A stretch of DNA of 64,000 nt, from assembly GCA_040954595.2 (NCBI GenBank), contig CM082576.2, positions 6,575,129 to 6,639,128 of the forward strand, in the 5' to 3' direction. Position numbers and translations under genes: made by a program. The notes under the pieces are model-generated. The model was not told where the DNA came from, ran no database searches, and worked only from the letters and a program-made list of their open reading frames with translations. Position 1 is the stretch's first letter, and each line of letters begins with the position of its first letter. The DNA is from Balanoglossus misakiensis (lineage: Eukaryota > Animalia > Hemichordata). Positions 35,430 to 48,907 of this stretch are shown here, piece after piece.

Positions 35430-38400
35430 AATAAAATGATACAGACACATTTATCTCATTTTAATCTAGTTCATTGAAAATTTTAATTTCAAAGTTTTAA
35501 ATCCATAAAGAAAAGAGGATACATGTATACAGTATTATCTGTATACTTACAATATGAAAAAGAAGCTTGCAAGTATATTACTTGGTAAACATCAATTGAA
35601 ATACTATTGTCATTAGATTTTAGGCGGTCACTGCAGACAGCCAGTAACAGTTACTGCTGCATCGCGGAAAATGGACACTTCGTCCCCATCTTGGTTGCCG
35701 GATACCCATCTGGTCTTTGCATCTGCAAAACAAGCAAAGTAGAAATGAATGTCTAATATCCATGGACATGAAACAAAGCATGATCACCACTGAACGCCAA
35801 TTGTTGTTCATTCGCAGATGGTACATCATTCAAATCCGTATGGCTGCCTGGAATTTCACTCCCTATTTGGCACCTTGGTTAAATTTTACTGCAACAACGA
35901 TAGAGATCTGCCCATTTAAGCTTATAATTGTACTTAGTTAAACTGACAACTCCTGGACATTGTGAATAACCACACCCCACCCACACACCCGTTACCATGT
36001 ATTGTCTCCGTCACTGCTTCAGTTTTCTTTCCCACAATTCTTACCTTCCCACAACCATGCAGTAATCTCTGGACATCAATCACACAGGCTGGCAATCATC
36101 TTAGCATCATCTACGGGATCCCTGGAATAAATGAAGAGTGTGTAAATCGAATGTCTCCTTCAAAGATGGCGAACACGTTTGTGCAAAAACAAAATGTCCA
36201 CCTCTTGCATCCAGCAGTCAGGTCGGTTTTAAAACGTTGAATTGACATCCACATAAAGGACTGGGTCCATATTGTTACATGCAGGTGTGTGCAAAATCAT
36301 TTCGCTTGACTGGGTAACGGCACCAGTCTGAATCGATACAAAATCTTCAAAATATCCACCATGATAAATGGGGCTTTGTCTATATCGCTTGTCAAACCTT
36401 GCTTGAAACCTCTGGTCTTCGTTCAGCCATTGAACATACTGCCCTTACCGCACCCAGCTATACTGCTGCATGCAATACCATTATGAGTTGATCTCGTCCC
36501 TGCATCTGCAAACAATGAAACGAAGTGAATGTCGGTGATATTCATGATCGTTCAGCCATTGAACATACTGGCCTTACCTCACCCAGCTCTACTGCTGCAT
36601 GGCAAAAAAACCTAGTCACTTAGGCCCAAGCTTGGTTGATGAATACCATTATGAGTTGATCTCGTCTCTGGATCTGCAAAACAAGCAAATGGAGTGAGTG
36701 TCTGCAATATTCATGATCGTTCAGCCATGGAAGATACCTGCCCTTACCTCACCCAGCTATACCGCTGCATGGCGAAAAAACTCTGGTCTCTGCATCTGCA
36801 AAACAAGCAAATAAAGTTAATGTCTGGAAAGTAAATACCTTATTTACCATAAAAGCAGACTAACAGAGACATACACACAAGCGAAGATGATCGGTACGGA
36901 AATAAAACATTCTCAGTTTTATCAATACACGCATGTTTTTAATATTTTTTTATTGAATAATGACGAAAGATAACATATCTAAAAAAACTGTATTAACTAT
37001 ATACGTGAGGGGGAAGATGATCGGTACGGAAATAAACCACTTCAAGTATTATGAGTGCGTGTATGGTTTAAATATTTTTTATTGAATAATGACGAAAGAT
37101 AACATATCTAAAAAACCTGCATTAACTATATACGTGAAGGGGAAGATGATCGGTACGGAAATAAACCACTCTCAGTTTTATCAATACACGTATGTTTTTA
37201 ATATGTTTTTATTGAATAATGACGAAAGATAACATATCTAAAAAACCTGCATTAACTATATACGTGAAGGGGAAGATGATCGGTACGGAAAGAAACCACT
37301 CAGTTTTATCAATACACGTATGTTTTTAATATTTTTTTTATTGAATAATGACGAAAGATAACATATCTAAAAAACCTGTATTAACTATATACGTGAGGGG
37401 GAAGATGATCGGTACGGAAATAAACCACTCCAAGTATTATGAGTGCGTGTATGTTTTTAATATTTTTTATTGAATAATGACGAAAGATAACATATCTAAA
37501 AAACCTGTATTAACTATATACGTGAAGGGGAAGATGATCGGTACGGAAATAAACCACTTCAAGTATTATGAGTGCGTGTATGTTTTTATTTTATTTTTAT
37601 TGAATAATGACGAAAGATAACATATCTCAAAAAACTTGTATTAAGTATTAACTGACGGTCTGAGGGATGGGACCCACCCGCACCGGGGATTTTATTTATG
37701 TCTATATAACTTACTTGTTACGAAACTTCATCCACTGGTCTTCATTCAGCCATGGAACATACAAACGCTCACCTCATTGTAGTCTAGCTGCATGGCCCAA
37801 ATATACCGTACAACTTACCGTGACACACATGCGCACACACTCACAACGAGCACCTTCCGATCGAAGCATTCAAAGCAGATAAACGTGTTGGTGCCGTGAC
37901 AAAAATGACCCATGCACCGAGCATGTAGTCATGTTGGTTCTAAAACATTAATGACATCCACATATAGCATCCGCATTGTTGCATTCTTCAGATTTGTGCA
38001 AAATCGGTTCGCTGAACTGGCTACCGGCACCAGTCAGAATCGTTGAAAGTTCTTAAAAATTGCCAAAAAAACTTGGCTGATACCGCTTACTTGTACATCA
38101 TGCTTGTAACATCATAGCATCCACGCAGAACGTACAACATCAGGTCATCTGGGCATCTGCAAAAAATAAGGAAACAAATTGAATGCCTATCCATGAACAG
38201 GAAACAAAATATCAACCGTGATCACCGTACGCTAAACTGTTGTTCATTCGCATTTGTACATCATACACGACTCGACAATACATGTATATGTTTTAGGGCT
38301 TCGTTGACAGACACGTAGCCTAAAAACACCAGCATGGCACTATGTACATTTACATATTTTCAAGTTTAGGCCTACAACGAAGCGGAACATTTTAAACTCC

Positions 38401-39020
38401 GACAAAAAAATATTGTTTTTGGCAAAGCCTGCACGGACACACGAAAATAACTGATTCGAATGAACATGATGAAGTTTCAAAGCTTCAAGTTATTTTCGCT
38501 ATTGTCTGGTAGTATAATATAAAATTTGCATTCGCTCACACTCTAAAACACGCCGACTACACGTGAACCCGCTGCCAATTCATCGTAGCCCCCCTCCCCT
38601 TTCCCGAAAAACTACCTTGTTTAAAAAAAACTGCCGCCCACCAGTAGAGCTATAACACCGACTTGTCTTAATTTGATAAACCCGTCCCAAGTTGAGTTAC
38701 GTGAAAGGGCGGTAGTTGTGAATTAAAACGCATAAAAGCGCTGACTCGAGCTGCCTGACTGTGACGTATCCAATTTTTCAAATATGTGGTGTAAACGTCT
38801 GGCGTTTTAGTTTTCCGTAACCCGCCACAGAATAACCCATATTTCTGGTCAAAGATTGAGCAAATGTGTCTACTTCGTTTACTTTACTTACCGCTGTCGT
38901 CATGAAAACTATCTAGCGGAGAAACTCTGTTTTGGGGGCAGAGTTCTCCGCATCTTCTCGTGGTCCGTGCAGCAGCGTGGCCGTCTGACTCTCTAATGAA
39001 AATACACGGAAGGCTAGACG
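35430..39020 (-). ncRNA. Mirror copy of the putative spliced arm transcript (right arm, pointing inward)
   Basis: Same acceptor (CTGCAAA on +) and donor (CTTAC on +) modules retained; AATAAA changed to GATAAA. Coordinates approximate. Confidence 0.45.
36880..37645 (-). repeat. ~129-bp minisatellite, 6 copies (right arm)
   Basis: CGAAAGATAACATATC recurs six times between about 36964 and 37627. Confidence 0.95.
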
Positions 39021-40666
39021 GAAATTTCCAAGTGGAGGTGGTCCAGGTGGCTCCAACCAATCAGCAGCGAAAACTTTGCTCTGGCGCGTCACATGTCACA
39101 TCACGTGACCAGCGTCAAAAATGCTGACCTGCGGCTCGTGTGCATATGTGGGACAAAAAATCGCTAACTCGTACAGCACCCTCAGCGACCAAGTAAATAA
39201 TGTTTTAGTTTTTTTCAAAATGTTACGGCCTTTGTTTTATTCAAGGAAATCAGATGCACTGCATGTACTGGTAAATGCATGACATGTAGACCTAATAAAA
39301 ATGCACTGCAGGTACTAGGTAGATACCCGCTACATCATAAGATAGCTACCGTGAATTATATGAAATAAAAGCCTTGGCCATATACCGTACAACTTTATAC
39401 ATGTTATAAGCATATGAGCTGTGTATAGGACGATCTCGTAAAGTAAACGTACACATTCCCCACATCCATGTCTACATTTTCTTGGCACAGCACAGCCAAG
39501 TGGTAGAAATAGGACAGGGACCAGACTACTTACTTTGCTTGGGGGTCGTGTTAAAAAATATTGCTAGCTGGCTTCAGATTTCGGAAATTAGCGTTCTCAA
39601 ACGTTTCAAGTGCGAACGATTGGCACGAGCATACACAAACATGTGTTTTATTATAACTGCTGGGGACTATGAACATCCAATTCAACATATACCGTCATCA
39701 CACATGTTGACCTCGTGCATAGTTTACATCGATAAGCTTACTGATAGGTGTATAATGAACACCTTATCGAGGCCCGATTGTAGCTGTATTTAAACTGAGT
39801 GGCACTTTATTGTTTTTCCCCCATCTGCAGATTGTACAGAATTTTGTCTTGAAGCCCAAACACGACCAACCACTGCAGCCACGTTTGAGGTTCTTTATGA
39901 TTGCCGACAAGCCCTTGGATTTGAAGTTCATTGAGCGGGTGTAAATGAAGACTTATCATCGCTACCACGGTCCACTCGAACTCTTAGACTAGACACACCC
40001 CACGAGCAGATAATTGACAATGATACACGCAGGCCCATCGAAACCTTATGAGATTGCTATCTGTTTCAGTGAGCAGAATAACATAAACACCAACCAAAAG
40101 AAATGAAAATAACCATAACAATGTTAAATGTTATCATTAGAGAGAATTCAGGTAGCCAGAGACAATATATAAGCATGTTGTGAGTGTTCAATGACGTACA
40201 TCGAAAATCAGTCGTAGCAAAGTACTCGATCGGTAGTTGGTTACATACACTCGGCAAGAATACAACACGTCCACGTCTTTTTAGTTCACTGCAACCAGTC
40301 CAGCCCTGTTGAATGGAACAGAAGAATGTAATTGTATATATTTCGTATGTATGCAATGACGAATGAACATGTGGATGAATTTTAATGAGAGCTTAAAAAT
40401 TTTGCTCGCTGTAGCACAGTGCCGATATTGCTAACAGCAGCAAACACAGGCAGTGTACATATGCTATAGGTGTTCAACGTCTATCATTACAATGTGTTGT
40501 TATCAACAGTACAGCGTGTGATTCGGTCTAGTTGTTCGGAGTCAGGTACAATGCAATACAATGAAGTACAATGCAATGCAGTGAGATACAATGTCAAATG
40601 CAATTCACCCCACCACACTTCACCAGCTGGTGTAAATTGACCCCAAAGTCGTCAATGACCGGAGAC

Positions 40667-41140
40667 TCACCCGTCGGCATTCGTACTGTCGTGGCTATCG
40701 AGGCCATACTTGCGAATATACGAGTCCATAGGTGGGACGAACGATGGGTTATTCTGTATTTCAATCTCCTTCAGGAATATATCTTGAATCAGCTTATTTG
40801 CGGCCTCGCTGTCGTCCCCCACCATCACTGCTTTGCTCTTAATCTCACTCAGCAACAGTCTGTACTGCAAGTAGATCGACTTGTGCGTTTCTTCTCTCTT
40901 GGCAAATTTCAAGGACACGTGCACAAGTTCTACTATGAAGGCAGTGAGCCCAAGAGCCGCCAAAGCTCTAGGCGAGTCTGGAATCAGCGCCGTCAGACTC
41001 GTGCATGCAAGGATCCCCTTTAAGATAGTCATTAACATGTTGATCCAACCATACGTCTTATAGCTGCCCCTGTAGGCTGCTGTGGTTTTCGCGAAATACG
41101 CTGACAAAGCGGGGACGTTTTGAATAAGTGGGCCCGGCAT
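40667..41140 (-). CDS. Orphan ~157-aa two-transmembrane protein, SLATT-like layout
   Basis: Acceptor TTCTTTTTGTTGCGACAG just upstream of ATG 41140; hydrophobic helices WINMLMTILKGILACTSLTALI and ALAALGLTAFIVELVHVSL followed by helical KFAKREETHKSIYLQYRLLLSEIK; the apparent TGA lies within a GTGAGT donor at 40670; candidate upstream donor at 41521 and CCAAT boxes near 41674 and 41728. Confidence 0.65.
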   Translation of the reverse strand: MPGPLIQNVPALSAYFAKTTAAYRGSYKTYGWINMLMTILKGILACTSLTALIPDSPRALAALGLTAFIVELVHVSLKFAKREETHKSIYLQYRLLLSEIKSKAVMVGDDSEAANKLIQDIFLKEIEIQNNPSFVPPMDSYIRKYGLDSHDSTNADG

Positions 41141-43916
41141 CTTTCTATAGCTCTGTCGCAACAAAAAGAATACAGTTTTAAGTATGGAAAATGTCATAAT
41201 GATCGGCGAGATGCCGGCACGTATACGAGTTATTGTATTTGACAGATATCAAAATATTATGTCCGTTCCGAAAAATTATAAGACATAAGGAAATCCCGTG
41301 CATGTGGTTTGAACTACCAGTACCAAAGTGCCAACTCAACAGTTCTCATGGTTCATCTTTTAAATAGTAAAAAACAATAATAATGCTGCATTTTTGTACA
41401 TTATATTAACACATAAGGCTTTTCGGATTTTAAACATGAAATTCATTTCATAACGCAGGTGCAGCTAGACTAACTCACAGCCAACTTTCCCGACAAAATG
41501 TGTATATGATTATGTACTTACGGAGATAGTTTGGTCGTTCCTGGTGTGGAGGTTCGTTCTCTGTTAATGGAGCCTTCGCAACTGGTAAGAACTCCACCAC
41601 TGTTTACAGCTTTATACGGACGGTAACCAACAACGCCAACGCAACACACCAAATGTCAATCAATTACTTGAAACCAATCAAAACCAACGCTCAAAATAAA
41701 CTTTCTCTTCAATCCATGCCACTTTGGCCAATGACATATCTTGTTGCAGATCTGACGTTACACCTGATCCTCTACCACCAATAACCGGTTTTGTCTTTGG
41801 GCGGCTCTGTTTGGCTAACTATATACCTTGTCGAATGGCCTACAGTAATGTGATGAAGGGCAATAAATATGACTATAGACCTACTTCATGCCAAGAGCCA
41901 ATACACATTTCCCCATGGGAACTGGATAAAGCTTGCATATCTCACAATTTAATACTTAATTTGATCGAAGAATTCCAAACTCGAAATGACATGCTTTACG
42001 ACTGATCGATCGATCAATCGATCAATCAATCAATCAAGCAACGAATCAAACAGCCAATCAGTCAGTTGGCAATATATTCCTGCCTCCTTCAGCCAATTCC
42101 TGCTTGTCCGAACGTATCATTATTCGTATTCATGAAAAGGTATTTATTGCTATGCACTGTGTAAACGTTTAGTCCCGAATGGGCTGTGACATTTCTTGGC
42201 CAATTTGTAAGGATTATCATGTGCAAAACCATCGCAAAGACAGTGTTAAAATAACATCGGCCAACCCAGCAGGCGGATTGTATCATTTGTGCGTTGATTT
42301 GCTGCACACACTGATCCAATGCGGCCTCCAGGAGATCACTTTCTTTTTTTAAAAAAATCCATACCCAGTACCATTACTCTGAAAAACTTGAGCTTGAAGC
42401 GATTCAGTTCTAGTTGGCACAATGACTAAAAGACAATGCATACAATATGAACATCAGTTTGTTTTGCTATATGTGCCAATATTGCCAGAATTGTGTATTT
42501 TATTCCAATTTTCCATGACTTGAACTGTGTAGACATGTAAACTATACACAGAGTCCTGAGAACGAACTGGCAGAAGGGCCAATTCTGTAGTTTGTCCCAC
42601 GTTCCCTCGCATACTCGAGCGACCACAGCAAGACTTTCGTCATCTCCAAAGAATTTTATTCTGTTATTTGTGCGAAAGTTCATTCTCAGGACGGTGTGTG
42701 TAAAGTGGGACAGGACGCACTAGATTCTAAAAGTGGGTCACAGTGTCTAAGCCAAGGAAAACGTCCGAGTCGAGGTCATGTACTCTGGCTCGGCCTCTTG
42801 ACTAGATGCCAAAAACGGTAACCAAAGGGATAAGATGTTTTTCTCCAAACAAATGCAGGTACTGTTTCCCTGCCTCGTACACCGAATATTTTATGACTTC
42901 CGTCCTTGTTACTGTATCTATACCACATTTGCTGTTATTCGGCTCAACAAGTAAAATGGGGTGTTTCTGCTCAGCTAAAAAGGTTTGTGAAAACGAGGTG
43001 TCTCTTCGGTGGCTTCAGACTCTAGGCCCTAAGGGTGTTGGGGTGCTTCTTTCGGTGAAATTTTCACTTGCTGTAAAGTGCTGTTAATTTTTACCGATCT
43101 TATTGTGGCAAAATTACGGCTATGGTTCCACGTTCGATTCAATTCAGATACTTTATTGTCAGCAACAAGTGTCTAAAACCAGGTTCATCAACAAAGTTAG
43201 AAAATACAAGATACAGAGTTGATTTCCTTCCATCGCATCATGAGATCAGGGGTAGGATATTAGTCGAGAATTTTCACGCAGACGGCATAGTGTATACCTA
43301 TAATCGCCAAATTTGTCGACCAGAATATAAGTGTAACTGCATGAATTCTGGACAACTGATAGGTGTAGTATTCGTTGAATGTTGCCTCCTTATGCCGTTC
43401 ACATAGCCAATTACTGCAAACGCACTACCCACACCACAGTATGATCTACGCAAGATATATCGTCACAGTTACTTTGTGAGATTCTATGGCATGGTGAGGT
43501 TTCGTAATTTTTTGTTTCGGTTGATGGGCTGTTGCTAACAAACACTTCTTGTTGATAACACGTACGCCCCCTCAGTAATAGGAACGTGAATATTGTGAAA
43601 TGCAAACAATTCTATATATTGAACGGTAATCACTCAGTTATATTGCTCCTTGACTCAGTTTGGCAAGGAATCACAAATCACTTGTTGGAAGGGACAATGA
43701 CACCCCGCAATTTTATCAACCAAAATCTGTGACTGACCGAATGCATCTCTGGAGCGAACGTCCAGGAGGCAAGATGAGTGAGTGACAACAATGATTGGTG
43801 GCCAGATTTATACTTTTAGATTTTGTGTGTCATCTAAATCATTGGGCAATGTGAAGTTGATTTTGCTCTCCATGTGAGATGAGAAATCTTCTATACGTAT
43901 GTGCATTTGTTATACC

Positions 43917-46900
43917 CTATGCGTTGTTCATGATGTATTCATACGCAGCAATCAATCCTGCGTAGGTCTCACGGGCTGTTGGTAGGATCTGGCTTTCGGG
44001 CAACACAAATCCGTAATATCCTTTGTCCCGCAATTCCAGGGTATGAGAATATTTGATACCCCCGGCTCCGTGGCCCCAGTCAAGAGCGATCCCAGACGCA
44101 ATATCTGTAAAAGAAAAATAAGACAAGACAATTAAGAAATGTGTAATTCGCTGGGTTCGCTCTTTACGGTCTTTGAGAGGAGACAGAGAGAGAGTGTGTC
44201 GATTTAAACGTCCCTTTAAAGTGGCACTGCATGTACGACGAAAGTCACAAACCGTTCGCATAAAAAACAACAGAGTAAGGAGAAATGTCTTACACAGGAC
44301 ATCAGGCGGTGTGCCGACTATGTAATCAGTTCCATTAACTGCCAGACAAGCCGCAGCGAAAGCATTACCTATGGCCATCTGATTGAAAAGAGAAACAAAA
44401 AAATGATAATTATCCTGATGTGTTTATATTCGACACGATGTCATGGAGTGTGCAGTAATAGTAATAGTACTATGTACTTATTGAAAGAAGTTACCGGGGG
44501 TCCCAACGGCTTTCCATACTTACGTGATCGTCAACGTCTTTTGGGTGTTCATATTGGAATCCCCAGGGGTTTAACCAGAGTTGTGAGTAGCTGTGGATGT
44601 CCATGAAGAAGACGAATTTCTGTCGTTTGGATTTCTCCTTGACGTAATTGACGGCGTTCCTCACTTCGTCTTCCGAATGGATGTACTCGCCGCGGTAGGC
44701 GTTGGAGCACGGATCGCCGCTTGAACCGGGGCCTAGAAACCGGAAATAATTTTAGTCAGCTAGCTAGTCTATCAGTGAACATTAGTGATGATGTTACTGC
44801 GTGGTAGTGATGACAATTTGGACACCTGGAAATGACAATTTTACGCAAGGGTGTTCATTCATTCATTCATTCATTCGTTCATTCGTTCATTCATTCATTC
44901 ATTCATTCATTCATTCAGTCATTCATTCATTCATTCATTCATTCATTCATTCATTCATTCATTCATCCATTCATTCATTCATTCATTCATTCATTCATTC
45001 ATTCATTCGCTCGCTCACAGGGGTCATGGTAGCTTACCTCCAAAACCAGTCTCCCAGTTCCTGTTGGGGTCTACTCCAACACAGGTTGAATTCAAGTTGG
45101 GAGATCGAGTTTTTCTCCACATTCGATTCTGGGGAACATGAGATGATAGCGGTCAGAAACGAGTAGTTTGTATAATTATGTACTTGTACGCACAAATACG
45201 GAGTACCACACCTTCATTCCCTCTCACCCTCCCTCCCTCCCTCCATAACACCCACCAACCCCAACCCCCCACTAACCCAAGCAACTATGCATTCATCAAT
45301 CCCCCCTCTCCCCCCCCCCGTCCGCCCATGCAACTCACCACGTTCCACGTGTAGTCGTATCCGTCTGGGTTAAGCGTAGGTAAAATGTACATGTCATAGC
45401 GATTCAGAATTCTTGTCACGTTGTCAACGTTACCATAATCTTCAAGTAACTGTTGGGGAAAAGTCATTAAGTTCACAGGAGACGTCATAGAATGAACATC
45501 ATGAATCGCCATGCTAAATATATTGTATACTACTTTCTGGGCCAATGACGAAATGGCCACAAAATCACGCATCTACCATCAGTACCAGTACTTCACCTGA
45601 TTTGTCATCCAGATATTTGTAGCTGGTGTGATCCACTCACGGGCGTGGATTCCGCTGTTTATCCACATGGCCTCTTTGACGTCGTCTGCTGGTTTACCAA
45701 TCTGTAAGAAGATGGGCAATCATAACTTTCTTTACTTTCATCCACCCTGACCTCCAGATTTAAAAAAAATCAACAGTCCAAGAGTAGTCGCCTGTCTTTC
45801 ACTCTAGATCTGCGTTGCTACTCAAATGGTTAGGTGTTAGGTGAAGTATAATATTTTACCTTGATACCGCGCATTAATCGTTTTTCGTAAGATCTGCCAA
45901 TTGTGAACACTTCCGTCAAACTTGGGTATTTAGCGGCCGTGTCCAACACCCACTGATCCAGCTGATTGCGTTAGATAAAGAAAAGAAACCTTCAAACTCT
46001 AGTAACTGTAACTCTTGGGTTATTTTCATTATTTTGTTCAATACACCACCTTTGTGCGAAATTGAATTAAAACTTAAATTCATTTGTCAACAAAAAGAGA
46101 TCATGACACGTAATAAGAAACCATGACATGACATGACATGTATCCATGACATAGTATTTCTACCTCAGCGTATCTGTGATAGACACTGTAGTCAAATTCA
46201 TGTACGGGGGACGTGGTTGTGGCTCGTCGCGCCCTCTCGTGCTCGGGCTTCAGTTCCGCCTGATCAAACTGTCCGTCGATCAGTTTTTGAACATCTGTGA
46301 TCCAGACGTCATATCTTATGCCATTGTCCTCCAAAAGTCTCCCTATCTCTTCGAATTGCGTCGGTCCAACCATGACGTCATGTGGATAGTCCCAGAAATC
46401 ATACTGACGGATAAAAATACATTGTACGCTGACAAAGTAGGCTCTTTACCATGGCAATGGTTTTAACTACACTTATGTCTTTCAGCAACATTTCTTTTCT
46501 ACTCCATAATGCATTTTGATGCACGCCTTTGTAGGTCTGTCAATAGGACTTGTGTAATCGTGGCATTCGCCGAAGATTCCGCCGGATGGAATACACAACA
46601 CTGAACGCTTTCACATGCACAGGTTATAAATCAAGCCAGAGTCACCCAGAAATAAATAAGATTTTTTGTGTTAATATGCAGACGTTAAATGTGAATTACA
46701 TGCTACATAATTTACCTTGCCAGAATGGTACAAGTCCGTCATGAGATCGGCATCTTTGTCCGTTTGAACTTTGACACGGAGGACTCTGTGGCTATAGTAA
46801 CCAGAGAGAAATGTTGAATGTACGATACAGTGTCATAATGACGATACGAGTTAATGAACATTGTCGCTGACTCTTTGGCGATCGAGCGCCTTCATCTAAC

Positions 46901-47697
46901 ACAGAAGAATCCTTGGTTGCATTGGCATTTAGTCGGTGTAAAGCCTTCACTTCAAAATTAAATAAGGGTCAGTCTCATGAATACACTTGACCTGGTATTT
47001 TAATATCACTGTCACCGAAACTTTGCTTTGCCTACGATTGCACGGCATGATTTACGAGAATGTTATAGTCAAAACATTATCGACTTAACGTTTTGCTTGC
47101 CCCGTCACCTTTGGTATTGTCTTGATATCGATAAACATCATTGTTTTTATATCATAAACAAATTTCTACAATTTCTTCATTGTGTGAAAGGAATGTATTG
47201 ATAAGCCTAACTACGTTTTCGATCAACACAGGTAACAACTTGAAACATACACATTTTTCTGGTGGCAAAAGAAAATCAAAAGCTGGGAGAAATTTTGGTT
47301 GCAGTCTGTATTTCAAGTGCTGGTCAAAACAATCGTTCACGTGATTCAGTACAATAATTCCTTTCGCGTCATGGGTGAATGAGGAATTACGGGGTTTGTT
47401 GCCGAACAAGGGGGAACCCCTATCGACCACACGGCGGCAGTGCCTAAGAATAAGTCCAAAGTCGTCCCAGTAGTAAGGCTACCACATTACCAATTCAAAC
47501 AAACACGATACATTTTTTTTCATATAACCACGTAATTTATATGTCGGCGGTTTTCGACTGATGTGAATACATCAAGAAACAAGGAAAGTTGTCATGTCAA
47601 CAGACGACATCGAATTTCGTGCCGGCGGCCGCCATATTGGCTAGAAGGGTAACTTCCACCTTAAAACACCATGCTCACGTGCACACGGACAGATAGG

Positions 47698-47731
<34 letters not shown>

Positions 47732-47957
47732 CACTGTTGAAGAAATACACATGCGACTGGGGCTTAACGCGCTTTAAATGGTAACTTCCAAGAATAAAGA
47801 TGCACACTGGAACGATCATACCTTCCAGTGAATGCCACTTCGGAGTAGCTGTCGCAGCGATTTTAACTTACCCGTCATATCGATGTTGCTCCCCGCCTAC
47901 AGGGACACATATGGCGAACAGAAGCAAGAGACATCGAAAATACGGCGAAGGTGACAT
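43917..47957 (-). CDS. Procarboxypeptidase A/B-like (M14A) zinc peptidase, copy 1
   Basis: 11 exons: 47957-47872 (signal peptide), 46791-46716, 46403-46164, 45961-45860, 45701-45597 (GIHAREW), 45449-45339 (NPDGY), 45128-45038 (WRKTR, DPNRNW), 44732-44524 (DIHSYSQ), 44378-44294, 44104-43917 (ELRD); ten located by eye, all in frame. Confidence 0.93.
44854..45008 (+). repeat. (ATTC)n microsatellite in a carboxypeptidase intron
   Basis: About 38 TTCA units with few interruptions. Confidence 0.97.
47699..47732 (+). repeat. (AGAC)n microsatellite
   Basis: About 8 tandem AGAC units in intron 1 of carboxypeptidase copy 1. Confidence 0.9.
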
Positions 47958-48907
47958 TGTGTCGTGAACAGTCCACTTTCACTCGACGTACGAATTCCGA
48001 GTGCGACCTCACGACAATAATATCACACAGTTTGAAAACAAAATCGACCCCGATCACCACGTGACGTGTAACAGTTAGAAAGTTTTATTTAATATATTCA
48101 ACATCATAATCTGCAGTGCACCCACCCCTCCCCTTTATGGGGTTCGAAGGTCACGCCTTTTACTTGGCACCTAAACCAGACTATTAAACAGACTTCGACA
48201 TGTGTCTCGCCAGGCTATCTTAATATAACAACAGCATTCTCATGTTTCCATAGCAGAAGTGTTGACTCTTCGATTTGCACGTCTGACGCTAATCTCGATC
48301 GCTCAAGAAAATTTCAATCTCCTTTTGTTATGAAAAATTTCTTTAATAACTGATTTGTCAGGTCCACTGTGGCCTTATTCAAATCGTTCGATGTCCGTTA
48401 GAGTCACTGTGGTTACTTCTTGGATCATTCCCTGTGCTGCATGCATTACACCACATACCGGCAGAAATTCAGGAATCTTCTCTATTGCGCTAACAATGAA
48501 TATATGAATTCTATTGGCACCCGTCACTGTGATGTTTTCGCTGCGAGGTGCCGTAAAAGTCAAATAGAGACAAACATGAAATGTAAATGTAATACCATTG
48601 GATACAAAAGGCTGCGAACAAAATCAACAGGGGGCAGTACGTCTGATTTCATATTCACGAACAAGACTTGGTGGTGTGTAGTTGGTAATTATAATTTCTG
48701 GTGTATCTGGAGGATGAATTTTACAAAACTTCGCAGCGAACTCTAATATTGATCAAGACCTTTTACGACACCTCGGTGTAAAATCTGGCGTTTATAGATA
48801 CATGTAATGGCTGATACCAGTATAATTTCTGTTCTCGTCGATGGCACCGAAAAATTTGTATTCTACATTGTATTTATTTGGATTTATTGATATTCGAAAC
48901 GGTTTAA

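Larger units (their letters stand above)
16820..39242. mobile_element. Giant foldback-type element (22.4 kb): ~4.6-kb inverted arms enclosing head-to-head satellite arrays, no transposase
   Basis: 16820-21437 is the near-identical reverse complement of 34194-39242 (mirror ORFs 18171-18386/37667-37882, 20222-20431/35620-35829, 20845-21027/35024-35206); both ends read GAATAWAACAAAGGCCGTAA. The inverted structure is certain; mobility is inferred. Confidence 0.8.
34194..39242 (-). repeat. Right inverted arm, non-satellite part
   Basis: Reverse complement of 16820-21437 plus a 420-bp insert. Confidence 0.97.

Noticed and set aside
16820-39242. Palindrome as a long-read foldback or assembly artefact
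   Set aside because: Arms differ by a 420-bp insert, minisatellite variant order, substitutions and small indels, and each has its own unique flank. Array length still needs read support.
40571-41023. 150-aa plus-strand ORF
   Set aside because: Antisense to the 2TM gene and starts in a degenerate ACAAT repeat; no domain features.
44801-45166. His/Ser/Phe/Ile-rich ORFs
   Set aside because: Translations of the (ATTC)n microsatellite in an intron.
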